In this document: positions 49,092-58,280 of the stretch, piece by piece
How the letters are laid out: the number at the start of each line of letters is the position of its first letter
How positions within the stretch are numbered: the first letter of the stretch is position 1
Assembly: GCA_003152105.1 (NCBI GenBank)
Contig: PLZJ01000002.1
Location: 597,682-661,681, forward strand
From: Candidatus Levyibacteriota bacterium
GTDB taxonomy: Bacteria > Patescibacteriota > Microgenomatia > Levybacterales > UBA12049
Reading direction: 5' to 3'
Length of the DNA stretch: 64,000 nucleotides
Made by a program: the position numbers and the translations under genes
The notes under the pieces: generated by a model
Database searches by the model: none
The model's input: the letters and a program-made list of their open reading frames with translations, nothing else
What the model was told of the DNA's origin: nothing

Positions 49092-50195
49092 ATGAAAGTG
49101 GCATTAATCGGTGGACATTTTACTCCAGCTTTGGCAGTTATTGAAAAACTACAAGGTAAAGCAGATATTGTTTTTATTGGCAGAAAAAACGCTCTTGAAG
49201 GGGATAAAACTGTATCCTTAGAACACACAACGATTACTGGACTTGGTATTCCATTTTTATCCCTTACAACAGGAAGATTACAGCGACGATTTACAAAGCA
49301 CACCATACCATCACTTCTTAAGCTTCCTTATGGTGTTTCTCAAGCACTTCGCATGTTACATAAAGAAAAAGTAGATGTTGTGCTTGGATTTGGTAGCTAT
49401 TTATCTGTACCTGTTTGTTTTGCTGCAAAACTACTTGGCATTCCAATCGTTATTCACGAACAGACTTTAGAAGCAGGTGCTGCGAATCATACAATTGCAA
49501 AAATTGCTTCAAAAATTTGTATATCTTTTGAAACGTCTCTTAAGTATTTTCCAAAAGAAAAGACAATTGTAACGGGTAATCCAATTAGAGATGCTATTTT
49601 ACATCCCCAAACAAATATGAAACTTCCTTTTTCTGATTCGTTACCTATTGTATTTATAACTGGAGGAAGTTCAGGTTCCCATGCAATAAATGTTTTGATT
49701 AAAGAATCATTGTCATTATTACTTCAGAAATATAATGTTATTCATCAAACAGGGGATGCGAAAGAATTTCATGATTTTTCAGACCTAGAACAGCTCCGAG
49801 ATTCATTTTCCGGAGAGAAGAAAAAGAGATATTGGGTAACCAAATTTATCGCACCACATGAAATAGGATTTTATTTTTCAAAAGCAGACATTTGCATTTC
49901 TCGATCAGGAATCAATACAATAACCGAACTTTTATATTTTGAGAAAAGAGCTATACTTATTCCGCTTCCTTACTCAAGTAAGCAAGAACAATTAAAAAAC
50001 GCAAGATATTTAGCTCATAAATTTGATGGCATAGTGCTAGAACAGCATCTCGCAACAAGATCGACGCTTCTTGATGCGTTGAAAACGCTTTCTAAATTAA
50101 AGGTGCATGAAAGCAATAAACAAAAAGAACTTCATTTGCATGCTGCAGAACATATTACAGATGTAGTAATCGAAGTAGTAAAGCGTCAAAAATGA
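49092..50195 (+). CDS. murG: undecaprenyldiphospho-muramoylpentapeptide beta-N-acetylglucosaminyltransferase MurG
   Basis: MKVALIGGHFTPALAV GT28 N-terminus, GT-B fold, 367 aa. Confidence 0.8.
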   Translation: MKVALIGGHFTPALAVIEKLQGKADIVFIGRKNALEGDKTVSLEHTTITGLGIPFLSLTTGRLQRRFTKHTIPSLLKLPYGVSQALRMLHKEKVDVVLGFGSYLSVPVCFAAKLLGIPIVIHEQTLEAGAANHTIAKIASKICISFETSLKYFPKEKTIVTGNPIRDAILHPQTNMKLPFSDSLPIVFITGGSSGSHAINVLIKESLSLLLQKYNVIHQTGDAKEFHDFSDLEQLRDSFSGEKKKRYWVTKFIAPHEIGFYFSKADICISRSGINTITELLYFEKRAILIPLPYSSKQEQLKNARYLAHKFDGIVLEQHLATRSTLLDALKTLSKLKVHESNKQKELHLHAAEHITDVVIEVVKRQK

Positions 50196-50231
50196 TGCAT
50201 CCCTCATTTAAACAATTTCGTTTTTGATTAT

Positions 50232-50702
50232 ATGGCAAGAAGTAAAAAAGTAAAGGCAATACAAAGCAAAAGAGCAAAAGGAAGATATAAAAAAATCGGA
50301 AAATTTTTTCTTTATTTGGGAAGCTTTTGTATAATAATTTCAGGCATATTATACCCACTTTATGTGTTTGGCGTCATATTTAAAGAGCCCCCCTATACAT
50401 CGCCAATACCATTTGGTGGATCAATAGCAAGTGGGAGTGATGTGTTTAATCCATTGCAGGCATTAAAAAGTTCATTACAAAAATCAGGAGTTAGATATAA
50501 GTCAATAACCTATACTGGAGGTGAATATGTTACAATCCTATCAACTGGTCAAGAGGTTGATTTTGCTGCAAATAAAAATATAGTAGATCAAATAGCCTCT
50601 TTACAACTGATTACAACACGTCTTACAATAGAAGGTAAGCGTTTTTCACGCTTGGATTTTCGTTATGATAAGCCAGTTATGGAAGTTGAAAACACACGAT
50701 GA
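50232..50702 (+). CDS. FtsQ/DivIB-like small membrane-anchored protein (tentative)
   Basis: Basic N-terminus, one TM helix, short extracytoplasmic domain; occupies the ftsQ position between murG and ftsA but is only 156 aa. Confidence 0.3.
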   Translation: MARSKKVKAIQSKRAKGRYKKIGKFFLYLGSFCIIISGILYPLYVFGVIFKEPPYTSPIPFGGSIASGSDVFNPLQALKSSLQKSGVRYKSITYTGGEYVTILSTGQEVDFAANKNIVDQIASLQLITTRLTIEGKRFSRLDFRYDKPVMEVENTR

Positions 50703-52018
50703 ATGATGCGAAAATAGTTGTTGGAATAGATATTGGGACCTCAAAAATTGTAACTCTGATTGCAAAAGTTGATGAGTTTGTAAATGTACTTGGTGTCTCT
50801 GAAGTAAAAGCATCTGGAATAAGAAAAGGGCAAATTGTTGATATAGAAGATGCTGTTATTGCTGTTAATAGTTCCTTAGAGGGAGCTGAAAGAATGGCAG
50901 GTTATTCTGCGTCAAAAGTTATTGTTTCAATTGGCGGCTCACAAATAGAAAGTTTAAACTCAAAAGGAGTTGTCGCTGTTTCAAATCCTGATAAAGAAAT
51001 TTCTGAAACTGATGTAGTTCGGGTTATCGATGCAGCAAAAGCAATATCACTTCCGTCTTCTCGAGAAATTCTCCATGTATTACCAAGAAACTATACTGTT
51101 GATGGGCAGGAAGGAATTAGAGACCCTATAGGAATGACGGGAGTAAGACTAGAAGTCGACACACACATAGTTTCAGCATTAACGACCTCAATAAAGAATT
51201 TAGAAAAAGCTATTTCTGAAGTTGGAGTTGAAGCACAAGGTATTGTTTTTTCAGGGTATGCAAGCTCAATGTCAGTACTCACTGATACAGAAAAGGAGCT
51301 CGGAGTAGTGCTAGTTGATATAGGCTCAGGAACAACAGATATATCAATTTTTGTTGAGGGGTCTGTGGCATATTCCTCAGTGCTTCCTATAGGTGCAAGA
51401 CACATTACAAACGATCTAGCAATTGGACTACGCATATCCCTTGAAAGTGCTGAAAAAATAAAATTATTTCTTTCAAAGGCACCTAGGGATAAGTTTTTAT
51501 CAAGTGTTGAAGAGGAATTAGCAGCAGAAGAAAGACATGAGAGCAGAGAAAAGAAAACAGACGCAATACGTGCTGATGAAATAGATCTTTCAACGCTTGC
51601 ACTTCCAGAAGAGCTTCGTAAAGTTTCCAAAAAAACGCTTGTTGAAGGAATAATTAGGCCAAGACTTAATGAAATTTTTACTATGATCGGACTTGAAATT
51701 AAAAAAAGTGGATTTGGCGGACTTACGCCAGCAGGTATTGTTGTGACCGGTGGAGGTGCAAGAACTGTTGGTACACAAGAATCTGCAAAGAGAATGCTTG
51801 CTATGCCGGTTCGCATAGGCATTCCAACTGGCATGAAGGGAATAATAGACGAAATACAAGACACACCATATGCCACAGCCGTAGGATTATTATTATATGG
51901 TGCAAAAACAGAAAATATTTCCCAAAGCACTCCTTTTGGTTTTTCCGCAATGCCAAAGCTTCCACTTGGTAAGCTGCCTAAAAAAATATTTTCAATTATC
52001 CGTTCCTTTATTCCATAA
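50699..52018 (+). CDS. ftsA: cell division protein FtsA
   Basis: Actin-like ATPase IVVGIDIGTSKIV...LVDIGSGTTDI. Confidence 0.85.
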   Translation: MNDAKIVVGIDIGTSKIVTLIAKVDEFVNVLGVSEVKASGIRKGQIVDIEDAVIAVNSSLEGAERMAGYSASKVIVSIGGSQIESLNSKGVVAVSNPDKEISETDVVRVIDAAKAISLPSSREILHVLPRNYTVDGQEGIRDPIGMTGVRLEVDTHIVSALTTSIKNLEKAISEVGVEAQGIVFSGYASSMSVLTDTEKELGVVLVDIGSGTTDISIFVEGSVAYSSVLPIGARHITNDLAIGLRISLESAEKIKLFLSKAPRDKFLSSVEEELAAEERHESREKKTDAIRADEIDLSTLALPEELRKVSKKTLVEGIIRPRLNEIFTMIGLEIKKSGFGGLTPAGIVVTGGGARTVGTQESAKRMLAMPVRIGIPTGMKGIIDEIQDTPYATAVGLLLYGAKTENISQSTPFGFSAMPKLPLGKLPKKIFSIIRSFIP

Positions 52019-52084
52019 AATCCTATATAATTATGCCTATGAGCTTGCAAAATTACCCATTTTTTGATAGCATACCAAAGCTAT

Positions 52085-53191
52085 ATGTTAATTAGACCAC
52101 AAAGTACAAATTTTGCAAAAATCCGTGTCCTAGGAATAGGGGGAGGCGGAAACAATGCTATTGCCTCAATGATAAATGGAAGCTCTATCCAAGGAGTAGA
52201 TTTTGTTGCAGTTAACACTGACGCACAATCACTGTTATTAAATCCTGCACCTACAAAAATCCAAATCGGAGAAAATTTTACTAAAGGTCTAGGTAGTGGT
52301 GGTAATCCTGAAGTTGGTTCAACTGCTGCTGAGGAAAGTTATGAAAAAATAAAGGATTTGATAGAGGGGTCAGATATGATCTTTTTAACAGCTGGTATGG
52401 GCGGTGGAACAGGTACAGGAGCAACACCAGTTATTGCTAGGGCAGCAAAAGAAGTTGGCGCATTAACTGTTGCTGTTGTTACAAAACCATTTACTTTTGA
52501 AGGAACAAGAAGAACAGTTGCCGGTGAAGAAGGAATTGAAAATTTAAAAGATAAAGTTGATACGCTTATTGTTATACCAAATCAACGAATACTCGATGTA
52601 GTTGATCGAAAATTATCATTACTTGAAGCATTTAAAGTTGCTGATTCAGTGTTAACTCAAGGTGTTCAAGGCATTTCAGATTTAATCACCCTTCCCGGCC
52701 TTATTAATGTCGACTTTGCTGATGTACGAACAATTATGACAAATGCTGGTTCAGCGCTCATGGGAATTGGAACAGGTATTGGTGAAAACAGAGCGCAAAC
52801 TGCAGCAAGAGCAGCAATTGCATCTCCTCTTCTTGAAATTGATATGAACGGAGCTCGTGGTGTGTTGTTTAATATTACCGGAGGGTCAGATTTAACTATG
52901 TCAGAAGTAGATGAAGCAGCAAAAATAATTTCTCAAGCTGCAGATCCTGATGCGAATATTATATTTGGAGCAACCATAGATGAATCAATGCATGACCAAA
53001 TGAAGATTTCTGTCATTGCAACTGGATTTGATCAAAATAGAGCAAGAATGCAACAATTTATAAACACTGCTCCATCAATTGCAAAAATTGAAGAAGAAAA
53101 TAGACACATTGCCGTAACTCCTACTGAAGACAAAAATGAAGAAGATGAATCAGTGTGGGATATTCCCGCATTCCTCAGACAAAAGAATTAA
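52085..53191 (+). CDS. ftsZ: cell division protein FtsZ
   Basis: [15 protein letters not shown] and [11 protein letters not shown] tubulin motifs. Start placed at first in-frame ATG 52085 (track start 52064 is TTG). Confidence 0.9.
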   Translation: MLIRPQSTNFAKIRVLGIGGGGNNAIASMINGSSIQGVDFVAVNTDAQSLLLNPAPTKIQIGENFTKGLGSGGNPEVGSTAAEESYEKIKDLIEGSDMIFLTAGMGGGTGTGATPVIARAAKEVGALTVAVVTKPFTFEGTRRTVAGEEGIENLKDKVDTLIVIPNQRILDVVDRKLSLLEAFKVADSVLTQGVQGISDLITLPGLINVDFADVRTIMTNAGSALMGIGTGIGENRAQTAARAAIASPLLEIDMNGARGVLFNITGGSDLTMSEVDEAAKIISQAADPDANIIFGATIDESMHDQMKISVIATGFDQNRARMQQFINTAPSIAKIEEENRHIAVTPTEDKNEEDESVWDIPAFLRQKN

Positions 53192-53282
53192 TACAGTTTC
53201 TATATACATTTAAACCCTGCAAAATAAATAGGAGTTGCTTTATATAACAAATCTATTTCGTAAATTTTGATATACTTATACT

Positions 53283-54371
53283 ATGGCAGAATCTAAAAGT
53301 GAACAAGGAAGAAGTCCAAGAATAGATATTGTTGGCGGTGGAGTATCAGGATTAAACACAGGTATTGAAGCATTAAAAAGTGGAAAACAAGTAAGAATAT
53401 TTGAAGCTGAACCATACAATCCGACTTTAGCTCAAAATCCCGAGCAACAGAGAATCATCCGTAGGGCATCTGATGCTGGATCTGCACAGTGGTATCCATA
53501 CGTTGAAGGAGGTCTTAATAAAGGAGAGCAAGAAGATCAACTTCAGTGGATGGAGGATGCATTAGATAGTTATTTAGAAAGAGAAATTGTTGAAGGATAC
53601 AGTTCAGCAATGGCAAGACGAAGAAATTTTGAATTAATGAGGGATGCAGAGCCTATGCCAGATTATTTAAGAGGGATGCTCGAAAAGTTTGGCCCTGTAA
53701 AAGAATTTGGAGATGTTCCTAAGAATCCTCTTGAGTATTCTTATGGATATGATTTTACAACTCTTGCAATTAATTCACCTGCTATGCTAACAGCTTTAAG
53801 ACAGGAATTCAATGAGTTAGGAGGAAATTTTGTATCCAAAAAAATAGAATCTGCTGATGAATTTTATGAATTGCCTGGAGATGTATTAGTAAATTGTACA
53901 GGCCTTGGTTCATCTGAATTATTCCCCGATACAGGCTAAGAGGCTGTAAAGGGACATATGCTATTTTATAAAAATCCTGGAATAGATACTATTGTAAGCG
54001 CTGAGGATTTAATAGTTCTTCCTAGATCAGATAATTTGCTAGTTGTAGGAGCTTTATATCTTCATGAAGGAGACTATAGTACTGATGATCCAACTATTCC
54101 AGAAAGACAAGATATTCTTAAACGAATTAATCATATGATAGGAATTGATTTAAAGGAATTTGATCAACTAAAAGAGCAATTAAAAAAAGCAGAATATATG
54201 GGAGAAACTTCTGGTTTTCGTCCGTACAGAAAAGCAGGGACTTTAGTCACTGCAACTTCAGGACCAAATGACAAGATAGTTGTACACAATGTAGGACATG
54301 GGGGAATGGGATGGACACTAGCTGGAACCGGAAAAGCAGCACTTAGAGAGATTAATAAAGCATTGAAATAA
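53283..54371 (+). pseudogene. FAD-dependent oxidoreductase, DAO family (glycine / D-amino-acid oxidase-like), interrupted by in-frame TAA at 53937-53939
   Basis: IDIVGGGVSGLNTG dinucleotide-binding N-terminus in ORF 53283..53939; the C-terminal GHGGMGWTLAGTGKA motif is in the same frame after the stop (53958..54371). Read-through gives PDTG*EAVKGHMLF, matching the conserved PxKGQxL region. Confidence 0.5.
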
Positions 54372-54452
54372 TCTATTAAATACTTCTAATACTTCAATAA
54401 AATATGTAATTATTAGGCAACTCGAAACTGTTGAGTGTATAAATTTATCATA

Positions 54453-54481
54453 TTGACTTTACTTTGATAAAGTAATATAAT
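54453..54481 (+). promoter_or_regulatory. consensus sigma70 promoter TTGACT-17-TATAAT
   Basis: Hexamers at 54453-54458 and 54476-54481, 25 nt upstream of the YerC-like gene. Confidence 0.55.
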
Positions 54482-54506
54482 AAAACGTACTTTATCTAAC
54501 TAAAGT

Positions 54507-54827
54507 ATGAAATATAATAAAAATATAAGTCAACTATATAAAGCAATACTTTCATTAAAAAACGAAGACGAATCAAGGAGATTCTTTCGTGACTTACTTA
54601 CTGAACCTGAAATCAAAGAATTTGCATCCAGATGGCAAGTTGCTAATATGCTTGAAAATAATATTAATTACGATATTATTACTAAAAAAACTGGTATGAG
54701 TTCAACAACGATTGCAAGAATAAGTAAATGGTTAAATAAAGGTTATGGAGGATATAAGCTTATGATAAAGAGATTAAATGAAGAAAAAAATAATCATCAT
54801 AACACCACTAATATGGCGGTGTTTTAA
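54507..54827 (+). CDS. YerC/YecD family TrpR-like DNA-binding protein
   Basis: LLTEPEIKEFASRWQVANMLENNINYDIITKKTGMSSTTIARISKWLNKG matches the YerC/YecD pattern. Confidence 0.55.
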   Translation: MKYNKNISQLYKAILSLKNEDESRRFFRDLLTEPEIKEFASRWQVANMLENNINYDIITKKTGMSSTTIARISKWLNKGYGGYKLMIKRLNEEKNNHHNTTNMAVF

Positions 54828-54853
54828 TTTGTTTACATAGTACATTATTAATA

Positions 54854-54874
54854 CCGCCAATAGGCGGTTTTTTT
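54854..54874 (+). terminator. rho-independent terminator
   Basis: CCGCC-AATA-GGCGG hairpin followed by TTTTTTT immediately after the YerC-like gene. Confidence 0.55.
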
Positions 54875-54891
54875 GTGGCTTAAAAAATAGT

Positions 54892-55707
54892 ATGGAAAAT
54901 ATACAAAATAAATTAACAGTATTAGAACAGGATTTTGATCAGCGGCTATTACAAGACTATCCTGGACTTTATAGAAACAAGTTTGTGCTTGTTGATAACA
55001 AGCAGACAAGACTTGCGATAGATGATGTGTCTTGTAAAACAAGCACTTCTTTATCAGATGGGATTGAGCTCTTGCTTATGTCATGTAAAGGGTGGGTTGA
55101 GGTATATGATGCGGGTCAATTAACACAAACGCTAAGCTTAAAAATGCAATCTTTCTTAAAAGCACTTGATAGGAAAAAAACATTACTAGTTTTTCCTGGA
55201 AATGGTGCAAAGATTGTTGAGGATTTATTACTTGAGGAAATTGATTTAGAAGGTTTTTCTAGAGTTAGTGTTGATGTGCAAAGGAAAGTTTCCGCAAATG
55301 GAAATGTATCTAGAGTTGAAGTATTAGATAAAGTTCCTATAAGAGAAAAAATAAAAGAAATGAAACCTAATATGATAATTGTAATAGATGACGTAATAAT
55401 GAGTGGATCTACTCTAATGTCGCTTAAGGAAGCATTTCCTATCAGGGGTGCAGAATGGTTTGGAGCTTCACTTATGGCACTGTCGCCTACGCAAAATAAA
55501 AAAAACGGAAAACCAAGTGGAGTTGAAGGATATAAATCAATAATAACTCCAATTGTTTATCAAGGTATAAGTGGCATTCCTTCATTGAATAGTATTTCAA
55601 CCCTTATAGGAAATACTGAAAAGTCACAACAAGTTAGAGACACATACTGTCAGAAGTATGTGCAGGATAGAGACGCTTTTTATCAAGCAATAAGATCATT
55701 ACAATAA
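54892..55707 (+). CDS. phosphoribosyltransferase (type I PRTase) domain protein
   Basis: PRPP-binding loop MIIVIDDVIMSGSTLMSL (cf. VLIVDDVLTTGGT); 271 aa with an unassigned N-terminal region. Confidence 0.5.
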   Translation: MENIQNKLTVLEQDFDQRLLQDYPGLYRNKFVLVDNKQTRLAIDDVSCKTSTSLSDGIELLLMSCKGWVEVYDAGQLTQTLSLKMQSFLKALDRKKTLLVFPGNGAKIVEDLLLEEIDLEGFSRVSVDVQRKVSANGNVSRVEVLDKVPIREKIKEMKPNMIIVIDDVIMSGSTLMSLKEAFPIRGAEWFGASLMALSPTQNKKNGKPSGVEGYKSIITPIVYQGISGIPSLNSISTLIGNTEKSQQVRDTYCQKYVQDRDAFYQAIRSLQ

Positions 55708-55723
55708 AATGTATAATACGAGT

Positions 55724-56245
55724 ATGAAAAAGTTACAAATAGGCATAATAGGTTCAGCAGGTGTTGAAGAATATCCATTTTCTAAGCCAAGCAATAAACT
55801 TTATGAACTTGCATATGAAATAGGCACATTAATCGCAAAAAATGGATCTATATTAATTTGTGGAGGAAAAGGGGGAATTATGGAGGAGGCTTGTCGTGGA
55901 GCTAAAGAAAATGGAGGAATTACTGTTGGGGTAATAGGAGGAAATAATAGAGGAGAATCTAATAAGTATGTTGATGTTGAAGTGGTAAGTGGTATAACTA
56001 ATTATGCAGAAGAAGGGTTAATAATATCTATGTCTGACGGCATAATTGCACTTGGTGGTGGAGCCGGTACTTTACAAGAATTAGCCATGGCATACAGGAG
56101 TAATAAAAAAGTAGCAACAATTAAAAATACGAAAGGGTGGTCAATGAATCTTTCAAATCAGTTTTTGGATGAAAGGAATATAACAAAAATTAAATTGTGT
56201 GATTCTCCGAAATCTGCTGTATCATATATCCTAAAAAATATTTGA
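55724..56245 (+). CDS. LOG / TIGR00725 (SLOG) family Rossmann-fold nucleotide-binding protein
   Basis: KKLQIGIIGSAG, GGKGGIMEEACRGA and ALGGGAGTLQELA motifs of LOG-like phosphoribohydrolases. Start placed at ATG 55724, 6 nt after TATAAT 55712-55717. Confidence 0.65.
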   Translation: MKKLQIGIIGSAGVEEYPFSKPSNKLYELAYEIGTLIAKNGSILICGGKGGIMEEACRGAKENGGITVGVIGGNNRGESNKYVDVEVVSGITNYAEEGLIISMSDGIIALGGGAGTLQELAMAYRSNKKVATIKNTKGWSMNLSNQFLDERNITKIKLCDSPKSAVSYILKNI

Positions 56246-56252
56246 TAATTCA

Positions 56253-57482
56253 TTAAATATTAGAGCTGATTTCTTTACTAATGGATATGGCTGTTACCGG
56301 AGACTGTGTAAATCCTCCTGCTGAATGTCCAACAGCAATGATAATTGGTAATTTATTTTTGTGATTCACCACTAGCGTGGGAACTCCTGTTGGAGTAGCT
56401 GGTCTTATGCAATAAGATGTTGCTTTTATCGTTGAATCGGGAAGCCATTGTTTTACTTCTTTAAGCATATCGTCCATTATTGGTTTTGCAAGTAACGAAG
56501 CTTCATTATGAGGTCTACTTCCAACAAATCCATACCCTCCACTAAGAAGAAGACTTGTTTTACTTGGAGTAATATTGATGTAATTAACTGGTTCAGGTCC
56601 ATATATTTTACATGCTACTTTTATACCAGGATTATCCACTTCAACCCAACAACCAATAACACCTGCAAGTAGTACGTTAAACTTGCTTAAAAGTTGAGTA
56701 GTATCCAAAGATACACCACTACAACAAACAAGAGCATCTGCTTTTAGATTCTCGAAGTAATAATCAGAACTTAGCAAGTGTTTATCTGAAATTGTTGTAT
56801 CCCAAATAAAAGTCGTACCCAATTTACTCAAATATTCAACAATGTTATGACATATTGATTTAGCATAATAAGCACTACCAAACAAAGTAAAATATCCAAA
56901 ACCTCCAAGCATTGAGAGCCTATTATTAAATGGTAAAAGTGTGTCTGGTAAAACTTGGTTTTCACATAATCTTACTCTTTTATCAAGAGAATGTTCATAT
57001 GTAAATTCTGAAAGTAAATCATCTTTGCTCCTGCAAATTATCGGCATTACAGTGTCGTGTTTAAAAGGTTGTAGAAAGTCATATTTATTTCCTAATAGTT
57101 CCCACATTCGAATCCCTTCTTTATTTAAATTTATTACTACGGAAGTATTAAGATCATGTGATTTTGTGTCTTGTGATGTTTCCTTAAATTTTGAAATCCA
57201 TTCCACTTCTAGCTTATTTAGTTTGTTTTTTGGTATGCAAAGCCAGCCTTTTTCTGAAGAATTTTTCGTAATTAGTTCGAAGCGGTGACTCGACGTCCAG
57301 GGGGCTGTTTCAGTATAAGAAATGTGTCTTGCATCAAAACCACTATATGTTGCACCGTGTGTATGACTATTATGTTTTGGGTTTGGACCAGCATCAATGA
57401 CCGTAATTTTATATTTTTTTGAGAGTTCTAAGGCTGTCATTAGTCCTGTTATACCTGCTCCAATAATTGCAATGTGTTTCAT
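56253..57482 (-). CDS. FAD-dependent oxidoreductase, DAO family
   Basis: MKHIAIIGAGITGLMTALEL N-terminus and C-terminal IIIAVGHSAGGFTQSPVTA. ATG preceded by TGaTATAAT (57497-57489, minus strand) 6 nt upstream. Confidence 0.6.
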   Translation of the reverse strand: MKHIAIIGAGITGLMTALELSKKYKITVIDAGPNPKHNSHTHGATYSGFDARHISYTETAPWTSSHRFELITKNSSEKGWLCIPKNKLNKLEVEWISKFKETSQDTKSHDLNTSVVINLNKEGIRMWELLGNKYDFLQPFKHDTVMPIICRSKDDLLSEFTYEHSLDKRVRLCENQVLPDTLLPFNNRLSMLGGFGYFTLFGSAYYAKSICHNIVEYLSKLGTTFIWDTTISDKHLLSSDYYFENLKADALVCCSGVSLDTTQLLSKFNVLLAGVIGCWVEVDNPGIKVACKIYGPEPVNYINITPSKTSLLLSGGYGFVGSRPHNEASLLAKPIMDDMLKEVKQWLPDSTIKATSYCIRPATPTGVPTLVVNHKNKLPIIIAVGHSAGGFTQSPVTAISISKEISSNI

Positions 57483-57589
57483 AGTGAGATTATATCAAAT
57501 AACCAATATTTTCCTTTCGTACAATAGTTCTAATTGTCTCGAAAAGCACAGAATAGATCTCCGTACTTTGTTACGATATAATGCAATGT

Positions 57590-58228
57590 ATGGATATAAC
57601 TGAAAAAACAGCAATTCTTAGAAAGTTCTCAATATTTGGATCGTTATCAGATCAAGCCTTTTTAGATGTTGGAAGTAAGACGCACGAGATTGCAATAGAT
57701 GAGGGAAAAGTATTTATTAGACAAGGAGATACTGTAGGTCCTATTTATTTTATTTATAATGGCTTAGCAAAGATTTATAGATTAAATGAAAATGGAATGG
57801 TTGCTAATTTGGGATTTGCAGGAGAATTTGAAATAGTTGGAGATATGGCCTTTATTACTAGCCAAAACAGATCTGCATCGGTTGAGGCAATGCGTAAAGT
57901 TGACGCACTTGTCCTCTCTCCAGAAGATTTTAAAAATATATTATATGCTTATCCGGAAATCTCGATACAATTAATGCAAATTTTTTCTCAAAGACTTCGC
58001 AAAAGTAATGCTTCCTCTGAAGAAATGATGTTTCAAAACCTTACCCATAGAACCTGGATAGCGCTTGAAACATTAAGTAAATATTTTCCAGAAAAAAGCA
58101 TAACGCTTTCTCATGAAGAATTAGCAGAAATAGTCGGAGCAACAAGAGCACGAACAACAGAGGCGCTACATCAGTTACAAAAAGAGAAAAAAATACAGCT
58201 TTCTCATAGAAATATCCACATATTATAA
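57590..58228 (+). CDS. Crp/Fnr family transcriptional regulator
   Basis: cNMP-binding domain (FIRQGDTVGPIYFIYNGLAKIYR) plus C-terminal HTH (LSHEELAEIVGATRARTTEALHQL). Start at ATG 57590, 7 nt after TATAAT 57577-57582. Confidence 0.75.
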   Translation: MDITEKTAILRKFSIFGSLSDQAFLDVGSKTHEIAIDEGKVFIRQGDTVGPIYFIYNGLAKIYRLNENGMVANLGFAGEFEIVGDMAFITSQNRSASVEAMRKVDALVLSPEDFKNILYAYPEISIQLMQIFSQRLRKSNASSEEMMFQNLTHRTWIALETLSKYFPEKSITLSHEELAEIVGATRARTTEALHQLQKEKKIQLSHRNIHIL

Positions 58229-58230
58229 GT

Positions 58231-58244
58231 GTTCTTTAAAGAAC
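58231..58244. promoter_or_regulatory. perfect 14-bp palindrome GTTCTTTAAAGAAC upstream of the HD-domain gene promoter
   Basis: Read directly. Centre about 41.5 nt upstream of the predicted start of transcription (TATACT at 58267-58272). Confidence 0.3.
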
Positions 58245-58280
58245 TGAATAATATCTTTACTCCATTTATACTCTTCTTGT

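Noticed and set aside
51091-52050. 319-aa minus-strand ORF in the track
   Set aside because: It lies entirely antisense within ftsA, has low-complexity S/P/I-rich translation and no start context. It is a shadow ORF of a strongly supported gene.
52064-52084. TTG start for ftsZ proposed by the ORF track
   Set aside because: The first in-frame ATG at 52085 gives the conventional FtsZ N-terminus (about 10 residues before [14 protein letters not shown]). The TTG extension is unsupported, though it cannot be excluded.
57541-57580. AGATCT and short imperfect inverted repeats in the DAO/crp divergent region
   Set aside because: The 6-bp palindrome and 4-bp arms are expected by chance in AT-rich sequence. 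Only the -10 boxes on each strand are reported.
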